From NCBI RefSeq assembly GCF_036321535.1, contig NC_087436.1:18726001-18790000 (forward strand): 64,000 nt of DNA. Reading direction: 5' to 3'. Below, one piece after another: positions 1-11,848 of this stretch (position 1 is its first letter; every line of letters starts with the position of its first letter). A program made the position numbers and the translations under genes. The notes under the pieces were generated by a model that saw only the letters and a program-made list of their open reading frames with translations, did no database searches and was not told the origin of the DNA. This DNA comes from Camelus dromedarius. Taxonomy: Eukaryota.

Positions 1-214
1 ATGAAAGATACCTAAATACATAGATGTATTAACAATACAGACCTATAAAGAATAATAACATGCAATATAAATACAGTAAATCTAGATCATAATAATACAT
101 AATAATAATATATAATAATGTCATTATATAACCATTACTGCTGGTACATAATAATGACATATGCTTCTCATTTTAAAAAGTTTTCAGTACCAAAAGACTA
201 TCACAAACAATATT

Positions 215-380
215 ATACTGTATATTACAGGGAAATATATATAAGACCTTGTGGTAGCTCACAGCAAAAAAAAAATGTGACAATAAATATATGCATGTTC
301 ATGTATAACTGAAAAATTGTGCTCTACACTGGAATTTGACACAACATTGTAAAATGATAATCAAAAAACGTTTAAAAAAA
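215..380 (+). mobile_element. L1 3'UTR terminus (young camelid-type), 5'-truncated
   Basis: CAGGGAAATATAT...GTGCTCTACACTGGAATTTGACACAACATTGTAAAA plus A-rich tail; reverse complement of the L1 3' end at 2758-2930. Confidence 0.85.
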
Positions 381-413
381 ATAGACTGTCACAGCCTTCT
401 CAGAGTTCTAGAT

Positions 414-726
414 CAGGGGTTTGCAAAAGGGCTAGGTAGTAAATATTTTAGGCTTTGTGGGCCATTTGGTCTCTACTCAACTTTGTGTTGTAGTGTAAAA
501 GCAGCCATATACAATACGTAAGCAAATGAGCAGGACTGTGTTCCAATAAAACTTTATTGGTGAATGCCAAAATTTTAATTTTATGAAGTTTTCATGTATC
601 ATGCAATACTATTAATGTTTTTTCTCCTAATCATTTAAAAATGCAAAAGCTATTCTTAGCTTATGGCAGTACAAAAACAGATGGTAGGTCAGACTTAGCC
701 TTTGAGCCGTTGTTAGCTGACCTCTG
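414..726. mobile_element. MER58-like hAT-Charlie non-autonomous DNA transposon
   Basis: CAGGGGT...ACCTCTG termini, internal GTTCCAATAAAACTTTATT, perfect 8-bp TSD TTCTAGAT (406-413 / 727-734). Confidence 0.85.
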
Positions 727-1525
727 TTCTAGATGACATATATACTTTGAAAAACTGTAGAAATGAATTACTACAAGTACGTAAAAATTTACAACTGAAG
801 TTGACTGATGAACATACTAACGAATGGCACTGATAGCGCATCATGCAGCCTTAATTTACTGCATACAGCTCCAGATACTTATCTGGCTCTCAGTTTACAT
901 TCAACTCTCAGTATCAGTGCCAGTGGAGACTTTATTCTCACATTAAATATTTAATAAACATGATTTAAGATCTACACTATTACAAAAAATACAGGCTAAC
1001 CCAGAGGCCATTTCTATAGAATGAGACAGTTACAAATAATTATTGGAATTGCTGTAATAAATTTATTCACCATGGAAGAATGATGTGTAATTATTTTAAA
1101 CAAATTACTATATTGTAATTAGTTGGCATTCTTTATTACTCTGATTACAATTTTTAATTTTGTCCTTTATGTTCAAGAGTTGGATTTGTGAATTTCATAA
1201 AGAGTGACTTTATGAAGTCACTGTTGTGGTTGTTGTAACAGAAATAAACACTATGCTGACTTAAAAAAAATTTCTACGGGAAGAAGAGATTTCTTTTTCT
1301 AATTTGTATTGAGGCCCTGTGTAGACCAGTGGAAGCCAGTCCTTGGTAGGGGTGGAGAGCCATATCCTAAGGGAGAAAGATTACAAAGATGAGTAAGACA
1401 CAGCTCCTGGTCTTAGGGTGCTTCTGTGAAGCTGGACGTTTTGCAGTCCTAACATCTCTTTTAAACCGTTCCTGTTACTGTTTTCTTCCATAGTTGTGTT
1501 TCAGTGCAGTCCAGAGTTTCACTTT

Positions 1526-1875
1526 GTTTATTCAAATTTTTTAATTGAATTATATTCAGTTTACAATGTTCTGTTAATTTCTGGTGTACAGAATAGTTAC
1601 TCAGTTATATATATATTCCTTTTCATATTCTTATATTCTTTCTCATTGTAGGCTGCTACAATGAATTGAGTATAATTCCCTATACAACAAGTAGGACCTT
1701 GTTGTTTATCTGGCTTTGTGAAGATTTCTTTGTAGTTCCAATTGTACAAATCTTCTGCCAAAGTTCAGTAGGTATCCTGTGAGAATTGTTGGACGTGTAA
1801 ATGTCTTTTTGATGTATTCATGGGAGAAGGTGAGCTCCTTGTCCTTCTATTCCACCATCTTCAAGCCCCTCCTCC
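1526..1875 (-). mobile_element. Bipartite mini-L1: L1 5'UTR start fused to L1 3'UTR end
   Basis: Minus strand begins GGAGGAGGGGCTTGAAGATGGTGG (L1 5' start with YY1-like motif) and joins at 1710-1711 to ATAAACAACAAGGTCCTAC of the 3'UTR; degenerate TSD 1510-1525 / 1873-1888 (13/16). Confidence 0.72.
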
Positions 1876-2757
1876 AGGGCTTTACTTTAAAACAAAACAG
1901 CAACTAAAATCTATTGTACCTAACAGCAATAAAGCAAAAAATGATGAAAAAAATAGAAGCCGCTCGTAATGTCAGTATGTTAATAAGCTGTGATGTGTAA
2001 AATCTTACATTGTGTGAGGTTTTGATTCTTTAGTCTACCTTCTATCTTTAACAGCACATGGTAGAGTCTAGAAGCTTCACAGGCCTGCAGGGATTAGCCT
2101 CATGTCTTAAGGACAAAGATTAGTCAGGTTGACAACTTGTTATTTTTGATGGGACCTGTCATCTCTATGATAAGCAAAAATGTAAACTGAAGATGTGTTC
2201 AGGTACAAAAAGAAACTCGTCAAAGCCAAAGCTCATTGACTTTTAGACAGAAATACAAAATCCTCTAGAACTGTGTAGTCAAACAAAACTTTTTTTTAGA
2301 AACAAACTTTGAAACACGTGGAGGCTGTTTGAAGATAAAAGAAGAGTTGTTTATGAGCCAGTGATGAAAGTGTGTAAAGGGCCACAGATATTTTGCAACA
2401 GACATCTGGAGGCTCATTAGAATTTGAAAGCACCTTGAGGAAAAGAAATTCTTTAAAGTGAGAAAGGTTGAGTGAGGTGAACCACACCTGGAAGCTAAGA
2501 TCTGAGAGAAATTCTTGCCCTGGTGGTGGTATGTAGACTGATAGGAGTCAGTCCTCAACGTTCATTGAGTTATTGGTTCTTATTATAAACCTTTTGAAAG
2601 CATGACTATACACAAGGCAGGGACCCAATGCAACCATGGCTTTTAAATCTTTTACATGTTCCTGGCATTTCCTTGTGTATTTGAAAGCTCTTTTTTTCTT
2701 TTCTGTTCCAGAATTTGAACAATAAATAGGTCAGTGATAGAACAGCCAGTCTGACAA

Positions 2758-4655
2758 TTTTTTTTAACATTTTTTTATTGATTTATAACCATTTTACAAT
2801 GTTGTGTCAAATTCCAGTGTAGAGCACAATTTTTCAGTTATACATGAACATATATATATATTCGTCACATTTTTTTTTCCGTTGTGAACTACCATAAGAT
2901 CTTGTATATATTTCCCTGTGCTATACAGTATAATCTTGTTTATCTGTTCTACAATTTTGAAATCCCAGTCTATCCCTTCCCACTCCCCACCCCCTTGGCA
3001 ACCACAAGTTTGTATTCTATGTCTATGAGTCTATTTCTGTTTTGTATTTATGCTTTGTTTGTTTGTTTTTAGATTCCACATATAAGCGATCTCATATGGT
3101 ATTTTTCTTTCTCTTTCTGGATTACTTCACTTAGAATGACATTCTCCAGGAATATCCATGTTGCTGCAAATGGCGTTACGTTGTCAGTTTTTATGGCTGA
3201 ATAGTATTCCATTGTGTAAATATACCACTTCTTCTTTATCCAGTCATCTGTTGATGGGCATTTAGGCTGTTTCCATGTCTTGGCGGCCGCTATTGTAAAT
3301 AGTGCTGCTATGAACATTGGGGTGCAGGTGTCATTTTGAAGTAGGGTTCCTTCTGGATATATGCCCAGGAGCAGGATTCCTGGGTCATACGGTAAGTCTA
3401 TTCCTAGTCTTTTGAGGAATCTCCATACTGCTTTCCACAGTGGCTGTACCAAACTGCATTCCCACCAGCAGTGTAGGAGGGTTCCCTTTTCTTCACAGCC
3501 TCTCCAGCATTTGTCACTTGTGGATTTTTGAATGATGGCCATTCTGACTGGTGTGAGGTGATACCTCATTGTAGTTTTGATTTGCATTTCTCTGATAATT
3601 AGTGATATAGAGCATTTTTTCATGTGCCTATTGATCATTTGTATGTCTTCCTTGGAGAATTGCTTGTTTAGGTCTTCTGCCCATTTTTGGGTTGGGTTGT
3701 TTGTTTTTTTCTTGTTAAGTCGTATGAGCTGCTTGTATATTCTGGAGATCAAGCCTTTGTCAGTTTCATTTGCAAAAATTTTCTCCCATTCCGTAGGTTG
3801 TCTTTTTGTTTTATTTATGGTTTCCTTTGCTGTGCAGAAGCTTGTAAGTTTCATTAGGTCCCATTTGTTCTTGCTTTTATTTCTATTGCTTGGGTAGACT
3901 GTCCTAGGAGAACATTTTTGAGATGTATGTCACATAATGTTTTGCCTATATTTTCTTCTAGGTGGTTTATTGTATCTTGCCTTATGTTTAAGTCTTTGAT
4001 CCATTTTGAGTTTATTTTTGTGTATGGTGTAAGGGAGTGTTCTAGCTTCATTGCTTTACATGCTGCTGTCCAGTTTTCCCAACACCATTTGCTGAAGAGA
4101 CTGTCTTTATTCCATTGTATATTCTTGCCTCCTTTGTCGAAGATGAGTTGACCAAAAGTTTGTGGGTTCATTTCTGGCCTCTGTATTCTGTTCCATTGGT
4201 CTATACGTCTGTTTTAGTACCAATACCATGCTGTCTTGATTACTGTATCTCTATAGTATTGTCTGAAGTCTGGGAGAGTTATTCCTCCAGCCTCTTTCTT
4301 TGTCTTCAGTAATGCTTTGGCAATTCTAGGTCTTTGATGGTTCCATATAAATTTTACTATGTTTTGTTCTAGTTCTGTGAAATATGTCCTAGGTAATTTG
4401 ATAAGGATTGCATTAAATCTGTAGATTGCCTTGGGCAGTGTGACCATTTTAACAATATTGATTCTTCCAATCTAAGAGAATGGGATATCTTTCCATTTTT
4501 TAAAGTCTTCTTTAATTTCCTTCATCAGTGGTTTACAGTTTTCTGTGTATAATTCTTTCACCTCCTTGGTTAGATTAATCCCTAGGTATTTTGTTACTTT
4601 GGCTGCTATTTTAAAGGGGATTGTTTCTTTACTTTCTTTTTCTGTTGATTCATTG
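2758..4655 (-). mobile_element. Young 5'-truncated L1 (ORF2 3' part, 3'UTR, polyA)
   Basis: ORF2-like translations at 3069-3854, 3854-4171 and 4214-4447; poly-T at 2758; probable TSD TGACAATT / TGACAGTT (2752-2759 / 4656-4663). Confidence 0.96.
3069..4447 (-). pseudogene. Disrupted L1 ORF2 C-terminal region
   Basis: [37 protein letters not shown] and Cys-rich [18 protein letters not shown] motifs split over three ORFs. Confidence 0.92.
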
Positions 4656-4879
4656 TGACAGTTGTTTATTCATGTGTAGGTATCTTTTTCTCCACCCTGG
4701 GTAAATTCAGTTTCACATAATATGATGAACTTGTAGACCCTTACAGGAAAAAAGGCGAACCATACAGAGCATATTAGATGCTGTTTGGCTTTCTTCTCAT
4801 AGAAATGGCATAGGCTATCCTTAAAATATGATCTATAAAGCTCCATGTAATTGCAAAAGGAGATGCTGAAATAAAACTA

Positions 4880-6060
4880 AGGGCTTGAAATCAATAAAAT
4901 AAAAAATTAATAAAACAACATTTAAGATCAAAGTTCTTCAAAAAAGAAGTTCAGTAAACTACTCACATGATTTATTTAAAAGACTTGTTCTAATTGATAA
5001 GAAAAGAGTAAATATTAGTTAAAATCAGAATGCAAAAGATCATTGACAGCATGTTTTAAATAATTTCTATATTATTATTCCCAGTTTATATTAATACATT
5101 TGATGATCAAATTAAATGATTACTTATAAAAATGGTAAAACTCAAATAAGCACAAGAAAGAGTGTAAATTGACTATTAAGAGAGGAAGAAATAGAAAAGG
5201 TTACTATATGATTTGAAAATTGATATTTGTTCCCCAATGTTATGAAACTGTGAAATTCCAAATTTCCAAAATTTCCAAAAATGTGTTCTTAGGAAGATAC
5301 ACTTTTCTAAAATATGTTACCTGATTTATTTAATAGGGCAGATATAGTTTTGAGTTTGAATATAAGAACGCTATCAGATTATAAAAGAAAAAATAAACAG
5401 GCAAGTATTAAAGGTAAACTGTAGGAAACTTGGCAAACAAAATATAGTTGTATGGCAAATGAATATTATACTGTAGTCAAATAGAGGTATTGCAACAAGG
5501 TGAGGAGTCTATGTCACAGAGATACCACTTACTGGATAAACAAGACAAAAAACAAAAGGCAACAATGTAAGTTCAATTGATTTCAGGAAGGTATTCAGTA
5601 AAAGAGATTTGCCACCTTGTCTTGATTAAGTTACATAATAGGTAACTAAATTATTAAAATTTTAAATTTTATTTATTTAAAATGTATGCATTAAAATTAA
5701 AAAATTAAATTTTAATAGTATGCATTTAGAATGAATAAATATTACATCTACTCTAGACACACTGAAGTTGTTTCCTTGGACCAGGAGTTAGATGAGTATA
5801 TGCGCTTGTCACTGATGCAATTTACCATAACGCTTGAAATGCTGGCAATAACTCTTTGAGAGAAAAACAAAATCAGACATAAAATAAAGAGGAAACTATT
5901 TTAGGAGTAATTTTCTTGTGAAGATACATATATATAAATTAGAAAAGTCAAAGAAGTTATGGAAATAACTGATTAGAAGTCAACAAATGAATTTACCAAA
6001 TTTTCAGAATATAAGAAAGCTCCTAAAGTATTGCACACCAATTACTATTTAGCTATTACT
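4880..6060 (+). mobile_element. Very old L1M-type ORF2 remnant
   Basis: A-rich strand with degenerate ORF2-like segments (e.g. GAAATGCTGGCAATAACTCTTTGAGAGAAAAACAAAATCAG); no open frame. Confidence 0.5.
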
Positions 6061-6471
6061 TATTTTTATATATGAAAATACATACACTCCATGACAAGGG
6101 AAAGATTTACTAGAGCCTTATCCCACCTGGGGGAAAGGCATTTCTCCTTCTCCCCGCAGACCCCCTTTCTCTGCTTCTTATGTTGATATAAATAAATAAT
6201 TGAATAAATACATAAATGGGGATAAAGAAACAAGTATCTCATGTGGAAGAATTCCAGATCATTTATGTAGATACTTTACCTTCAAAGAGGTGGAATCTAA
6301 ATCCTCCCTCCTTAAGTGTGGGCTGTGCCCAAAGACTTCCTCCCTAAAAGTACAGTATTCAAAGGGAGAAAAAATGATAACTTTACTGTGGAGAAACCTG
6401 ACAAACACTGCCTCATCCAGGTAATCAAGGTCAATATCACCACTGATGTCATGTTGATAGTATATACACTT

Positions 6472-6762
6472 TTTTTTTAAAAAAAACCTTTATTTACATT
6501 GAAGTATAGTCGATTTACAGTGTTAATTTCAGGTGTGTAGCAAAGTGATATATGTATATTATACATATTCTTTTCCATAACCTTTTTCCATCATAGGCTG
6601 TTATAAGATATTGAATATAGTTCCCTGTGCTATACAGTAGGTACTTGCTGTTTATCTGTCTTTTATATAGTTGTGTGTATCTGTTAATCCTAAACTCCCA
6701 ATTTATCCTCCCTTCCACCCTTTTCCCTTTGGTACCCACTAATTCGTTTTCTATATCTGTGA
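6472..6762 (-). mobile_element. L1 3'UTR fragment nested in the older L1
   Basis: Poly-T plus ATTGAAGTATAGTCGATTTACAGTG; TSD GATAGTATATACACTT / GATAGTATGTACTCTT (6456-6471 / 6763-6778). Confidence 0.9.
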
Positions 6763-6886
6763 GATAGTATGTACTCTTGATATGATGTAGTGAAAATGGC
6801 ACTTTACTTCTGTGGTCTTGTTCTCCCAAACCCCAAATACCAGTGTAATATGAGAAAAAAAAATCAGACAAATCCCAATGAAGGGA

Positions 6887-7258
6887 TATATTAGTCAGCT
6901 TGGGCTGCCATAACAAAATAACATAGACTGGGTGGCTGAAACATGGAAATTTATTTTCTTACAGTTCTGGAGGTTGGAAGTCTGAGATCAGGGTGCCAGT
7001 GTGGTCAGATTTTGGGAGGGCTCTCTTCCCGGTTTGCAGATGGCACATTATTGCTTTGTCCTCACACAGTGGAGAGAGAGCTCTGGTGTCTCTTCCTCTT
7101 TACATAAGATTATTAGCCCAATTGGATTAGGACTCTACCCTTAGGACCTCATTTAGCTTTTGTCACCCCCTTGCAGATCCTATCTCCAAATACAGTCACA
7201 ATTGAGGGTTAGAGCTTCAACACATGAATTTTGGGAAGATACAAGTCAGTCCATAGCA
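6887..7258 (-). mobile_element. MLT1A/B-type ERVL-MaLR solo LTR
   Basis: GGGCTGCCATAACAAAATAACATAGACTGGGTGGCT...CAGTTCTGGAGGTTGGAAGTCTGAGATCAGGGTGCCAG...CCATAGCA; 5-bp TSD AGGGA / AGGAA. Confidence 0.9.
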
Positions 7259-7987
7259 AGGAAGTATTTTTCAAAATACCTGACCAATATTTCTTAAAAG
7301 TATTAAGGTTTCCAAAAACAAGGTAAGCCTGAAAAATTGTTACAGTCAAAGAGGAGCCTAAGGAAACCTGATGGCTAAATGTAACCTGGTACCCTGGGTG
7401 GGATCTTGGAACAGTTAAAAGGGACATGGCATAAAACTTAGCTCTAAACAAAGTATGGACTTTGGTTGATAATAATGAATTGTTTTGGGTTTATTAATTG
7501 TAACAAATGTAGCCTACTGATGTACTGTATTAGTAACAGGGGAATACACAGTGGGAATTCTATACCATCTTTGTAATTTTCTGTATATCTAAAACTGCTC
7601 TAAGCATAAAGCTTATTATAAAAACAACTTTATGGATTGGATTAAAAAGGGAAAACATAATTACATTGACATTTCAGAAGAATTCACAAACTACTTTAAG
7701 AGAATGAAAGATGGCAAGTCAGAGACACTAGAACAATAGAGAATGGAATCACTAATCACTATATGTAGCAGGACAACTGGTAATTGGGATAAAGAAGAGC
7801 TGAATTATTGACAAATGCACCACAGATTACATAAGAAACACCAGATTTACCAACAAGTAAGGCACGGACAAGCAGAAAGGACACCAGATACTTACCCTAA
7901 CTCCTTTTAGTTGTTCTTTTTTTTATTTTTAAACCTGATCTTTGCATTCTATTTCTCCTTGGCCTAATTTCCTGGTTCTGTTTCTTT

Positions 7988-9206
7988 AAAAAAAATTTTT
8001 TTTAATTGAAGTACAGTCAGCTACGTGTCAGTTTCTGGTGTATAGCACAATGTCCTAGTCATGCATATACATACATATATTTGTTTTCATATTCTTTTTC
8101 ATTAAAGGTTATTACAAGATGTTGAGTATAGTTCCTTGTGCTATACAGAAGAAACTTTTTAAAATCCATTTTTATATAAAGTGGCTAACATTTGCAAATC
8201 TTAAACTCCCAAATTTATCCCTTCCCACCCTCTTTCCCCTGTAGCCATGGGATTGTTTCCTATGTCTAAGAGTCTGTTTCTGTTTTGTAGATGAGTTTAT
8301 AGTGTCCTTTTTTTGTTTTTTTTTAGATTCCACATAATAAGTGATGTCATATGGTATTTTTCTTTCTCTTTCTGGCTTACTTCACTTAGAATGATGATCT
8401 CTACTTCCATCTATGTTGCTGCAAATGGCATTATGTTATTTTTTATTGCTGAGTAGTGTTCCATTGTATAAATATACCACAACTTCTTTATCTAGTCATC
8501 TGTTGATGGACACTTAGGTTGCTTCCATGTCTTGATTATTGTAAATAGTGCTGCTATGAGCATTGATGTGCATGTATCTTTTTGAACTAGAGTTCCCTCT
8601 GGCTACATACACGGAAGTGGGATTGCTGGATCATATGGTAAGTCTATTTTTAGTTTTTTGAGGAATCTCCATACTGTTTTCCATAATGGCTGCACCAAAG
8701 TACATTCCCACCAGCAGTGTAGGAGGGTTCCCTTTTCTCCACGCCCTCTCCAACATTTATTGTTAGTGGACTTTTGAATGATGGTCATTCTGACTGATGT
8801 GAGGTGATACCTCATTGTAGTTTTAATTTGCATTTCTCTGATAATTAGTGATATTGAGCATTTTTTCATGTGCCTATTGCCTATTTGTATATCGTCATTG
8901 GTGAATTGCTTGTTTAGGACTTCTGCCCATTTTTGGATTGGGTTTTTTTTTTTTTTATTATTGCATTGTGTGAGCTGTTTATTTATTCTGGAAAGTAAGC
9001 CTTTGTCAGCTACATCATTTGCAAAAATTTTCTCCCATTCCGTAGGTTGTCTTTTTGTTTTATTTATGGTTTCCTTTGCTGTGCAAAAGCTGGTAAGTTT
9101 AATTAGGTCCCATTTGTTTATGTTTGCTCTTATTTCTATTGCCTAGGTAGACTGCCCTATGAGAGCATTGCTAAGATTTATGTCAGAGAATGTTTTGCCT
9201 ATGTTT
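7988..9206 (-). mobile_element. 5'-truncated L1 (ORF2 C-terminus and 3'UTR)
   Basis: ORF 8603-8869 [24 protein letters not shown]...CWWEC; TSD TTCTGTTTCTTT / TTCTATTTCTTT (7976-7987 / 9207-9218). Confidence 0.95.
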
Positions 9207-9749
9207 TTCTATTTCTTTTTTGACATTATTTTATTGTATGTATTCCTGTGTAAGCTTTTCCTACTACCTTTTGGAACAAGATAGGAAATTTATAATTGGA
9301 AAATAAATTCCTAGCTATTGAAGAAACAAGGCTATCATCATAGATAAGATGGAAGGTCTTGATATGGTTCTTCCTTTTTTCTGACTTATTACAAGCTTTT
9401 TTTTTTTTTCCTGGCAATCCACACATCCCCCCACATAGAATTAAGAACTAGTGACAGTGCAGTTCATTTCAAACTCGCCCAGACTGCTCTCAGTTGGGTC
9501 CACGTCTGAATCCTCCATAGCTCTCTGACTTCAGTTGATCCAGCCTGTCCAGTGTGCACCCTGACTGGCCACTTCAGTTGTCTTCTCAGACTCTCTCATC
9601 TTGGGCTGTGTGTGTGGCTGGCTGCCTGCTCTCTTTTGCTGTTGCCCCAGGAGCCTGAATGAGAACTGCCCCATGAGCAACCCTGTTGGCTGTGGTGACC
9701 TCTCCCAGCCTCTGCTTTCATCTCTGAGGCTGGACCTCAGACAAGGGGA

Positions 9750-10275
9750 TTTAAATACATAAAGCTAAAAAATTTCTAATAAAAATAAGAGGACAAAATT
9801 TCAAAGAAAACAACAGAATAACAAAATAATAGATAAATTTTGTAACAAAAAATATATGCTATGTATAAGAAAAATATACAAAATGAAAGTTGTAAAGGTG
9901 CTACATGAATTTACATAAATGTGTCACACCAGTACTAAAGGCCAATTCAATACAGAGTTGAGAAGAGTATGTGTACTCACAAGAAAGGTAGAAAATCAGC
10001 ACGTATGTGAGAAGATGTTTTGCTCGAAATTGAGAGTATGGAACGGTGTTTAGGTATCATTGTATACCTATTTAAAGATCTTATGTCAATAATTATAGCA
10101 AAAAACCAATGGCGGTTGATAGCTTTTGGGGAAGGCACAGTTATAAAGAGCTGGCAGCATTGTAAATTGCTCTAGTCCTTTTGGATAGTAGTCTGGCATA
10201 ATTAAAAAAGGAAGCTTTAACACTGTTCCTTCATTTTGATATGGTGGTTCTACTTACGGGACTCGACCTATGGCA
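9750..10275 (+). mobile_element. Very old L1M ORF2 3' remnant
   Basis: Degenerate GTAAATTGCTCTAGTCCTTTTGGATAGTAGTCTGGCA and TTTGATATGGTGGTTCTACTTACGGGA resembling the L1 ORF2 end; probably continues the 4880-6060 element. Confidence 0.5.
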
Positions 10276-10363
10276 GTGATGTTCAGACCAGGCGCTAGGG
10301 AGAAAAATGGGTGGGGAAGGTTAGGGTTTAGGGATTTTCCTTTGCTACTGCTCATGAATTGTA

Positions 10364-10371
<8 letters not shown>

Positions 10372-10410
<39 letters not shown>
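10372..10410. repeat. (TG)n microsatellite
   Basis: About 19 perfect TG units. Confidence 0.97.
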
Positions 10411-10413
<3 letters not shown>

Positions 10414-11677
10414 AAATTAAAATTTGGGTAAACAAAGGGTTTAGATAAAGCTAAAGTTTAGTTGACAGTAGTGTTCTATGGAGGTATCCCTAAAGAGAAA
10501 AATGTAGATTACATGACAATATTAAAAATAGCTCAGTTTAAAGTAGGACACAAAGCCAAAAGCCAAAAGCCAAAAAAAGAAAAAAAGATTAACAGCAATA
10601 GTATGATAAAGGAGCACCACATAATTATTTTATGACACAAAAAAGGCAAGTATGGGGTCTATGTAGGTACAAAGGAATATTAAACAAAGTGAAGAAAAAG
10701 CAGAATACAAAGCAATGCATGCATGATACAATGACATAAAAATGTACTTGTGAATGCACAATGATGAAAATTGAAAGAAAACTAGAGAAATATAAATAGA
10801 GCTTAATGTTCTTTAGTTCTCTTCTATAAAAATAATTAAGTGCAAATTTAAAAAAATTCTTTACATGTCTAGGAGAGTATGGGTTATTTGGACCAAAATT
10901 TCCTAGATCCAATTAAAATGATGTAATTTATTTCAGTACAAGGGCAATATACCTGTTCTTGTAAATTTCTATAAAATTAATTGAAGGCCTCTGATCACAT
11001 TGGTTGAATTACCTTGGCATTGTAAACCAGATTCTCCAGGAATTCGTGAGCATATGTTTGTGTACTTAGATGCATAAACAACAAAATGATGGATCTTTTC
11101 CACGTGGGATTGTTTCAGCATTTCAAAGTCAACAAGCAAAGAAATACACAGATGTAAAAGCAGCTGGACCACAGTCCTGTTTTTCTTTCCCATTCCCGTA
11201 AGGACATTTAAATTCTCAGTTTTTGTCTGGATTGGGTGGTTGGGTTCCAGCATGGTCTTAATGAACCATGATGTTAAGGTCTTCAGAAGGGTACACATGG
11301 TGACAAATTAATCTGACATTTGAAAATGATGAAATGCAGTGGAAAAAAAAACCCACTCAAGATAAAATTGTGAAAGTTGTGATAAGATAACAGAGTAATG
11401 GGTGGTAAGAGGGTAAGGTTAAGTCAGAGCCTTTTTTTAAACTAAAAGAGTCTGCAAGCTGCAGAGGACAAGATGCTTTGGCAAGTGCCCAGGTTAGGAG
11501 ACAAATAGAAGTTTCTTCATGGAAAGAAACTGAGGTGTAGTCTGAGGACTTCATTTCCAGATTCAGGAGAGCACCCTGATGGAAAAGGGAAGAGTCGGGT
11601 GAAAGCTGCTGGCAGGGACTGTGGACTCTTGGTGGAGAAGGAAGAGAAAAGTGTTGTTCACTCATTAATTTCTTTCT

Positions 11678-11848
11678 AGCTCTATGATCCACGACAAATT
11701 ACCTGACTGCTCTGTGCCTTGGTTTCTTCATTTGTAAATGGACAAAATAATTGTACCTACCTCACCGAGTTGCTATGAAGATTAAATGAGGTTGCACATG
11801 CCAGGCACAAGGGGTGTTCTCAATAAATGTTAGCTATTGTTATTATTG
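11678..11848 (+). mobile_element. MIR SINE
   Basis: CTGTGCCTTGGTTTCTTCATTTGTAAATG...GTACCTACCTC...CAATAAATGTTAGCTATT. Confidence 0.85.

Larger units (their letters stand above)
6080..7625 (+). mobile_element. Old L1MC/L1MD-type 3'UTR hosting two later insertions
   Basis: GGAGAAACCTGACAAACACTGCCTCATCCAGGTAATCAAGGTCAATATCA and GGTACCCTGGGTGGGATCTTGGAACAG segments typical of L1MC/MD 3' ends. Confidence 0.72.

Noticed and set aside
1..214. Very AT-rich stretch and ORF 118-312
   Set aside because: Low-complexity (TAA/ATA-rich) sequence running into an L1 tail; no recognisable product and possibly poor-quality sequence.
3069..3854. 261-aa ORF as a functional or domesticated gene
   Set aside because: It is the C-terminus of L1 ORF2 in a young truncated copy with disrupted frames upstream; the open frame is explained by recency.
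3577..4312. Hydrophobic + strand ORFs resembling membrane proteins (also 8868-9146 and 61217-62551)
   Set aside because: Antisense translations of L1 ORF2, a well-known artefact.
10309..10333. G-run cluster with TTAGGG/TTTAGGG (telomere-like, G4-like)
   Set aside because: Only two telomere-like units; too short to call an interstitial telomere.
10969..11298. 109-aa minus-strand ORF with a GTAATT donor-like site
   Set aside because: No convincing acceptor and no recognisable homology.
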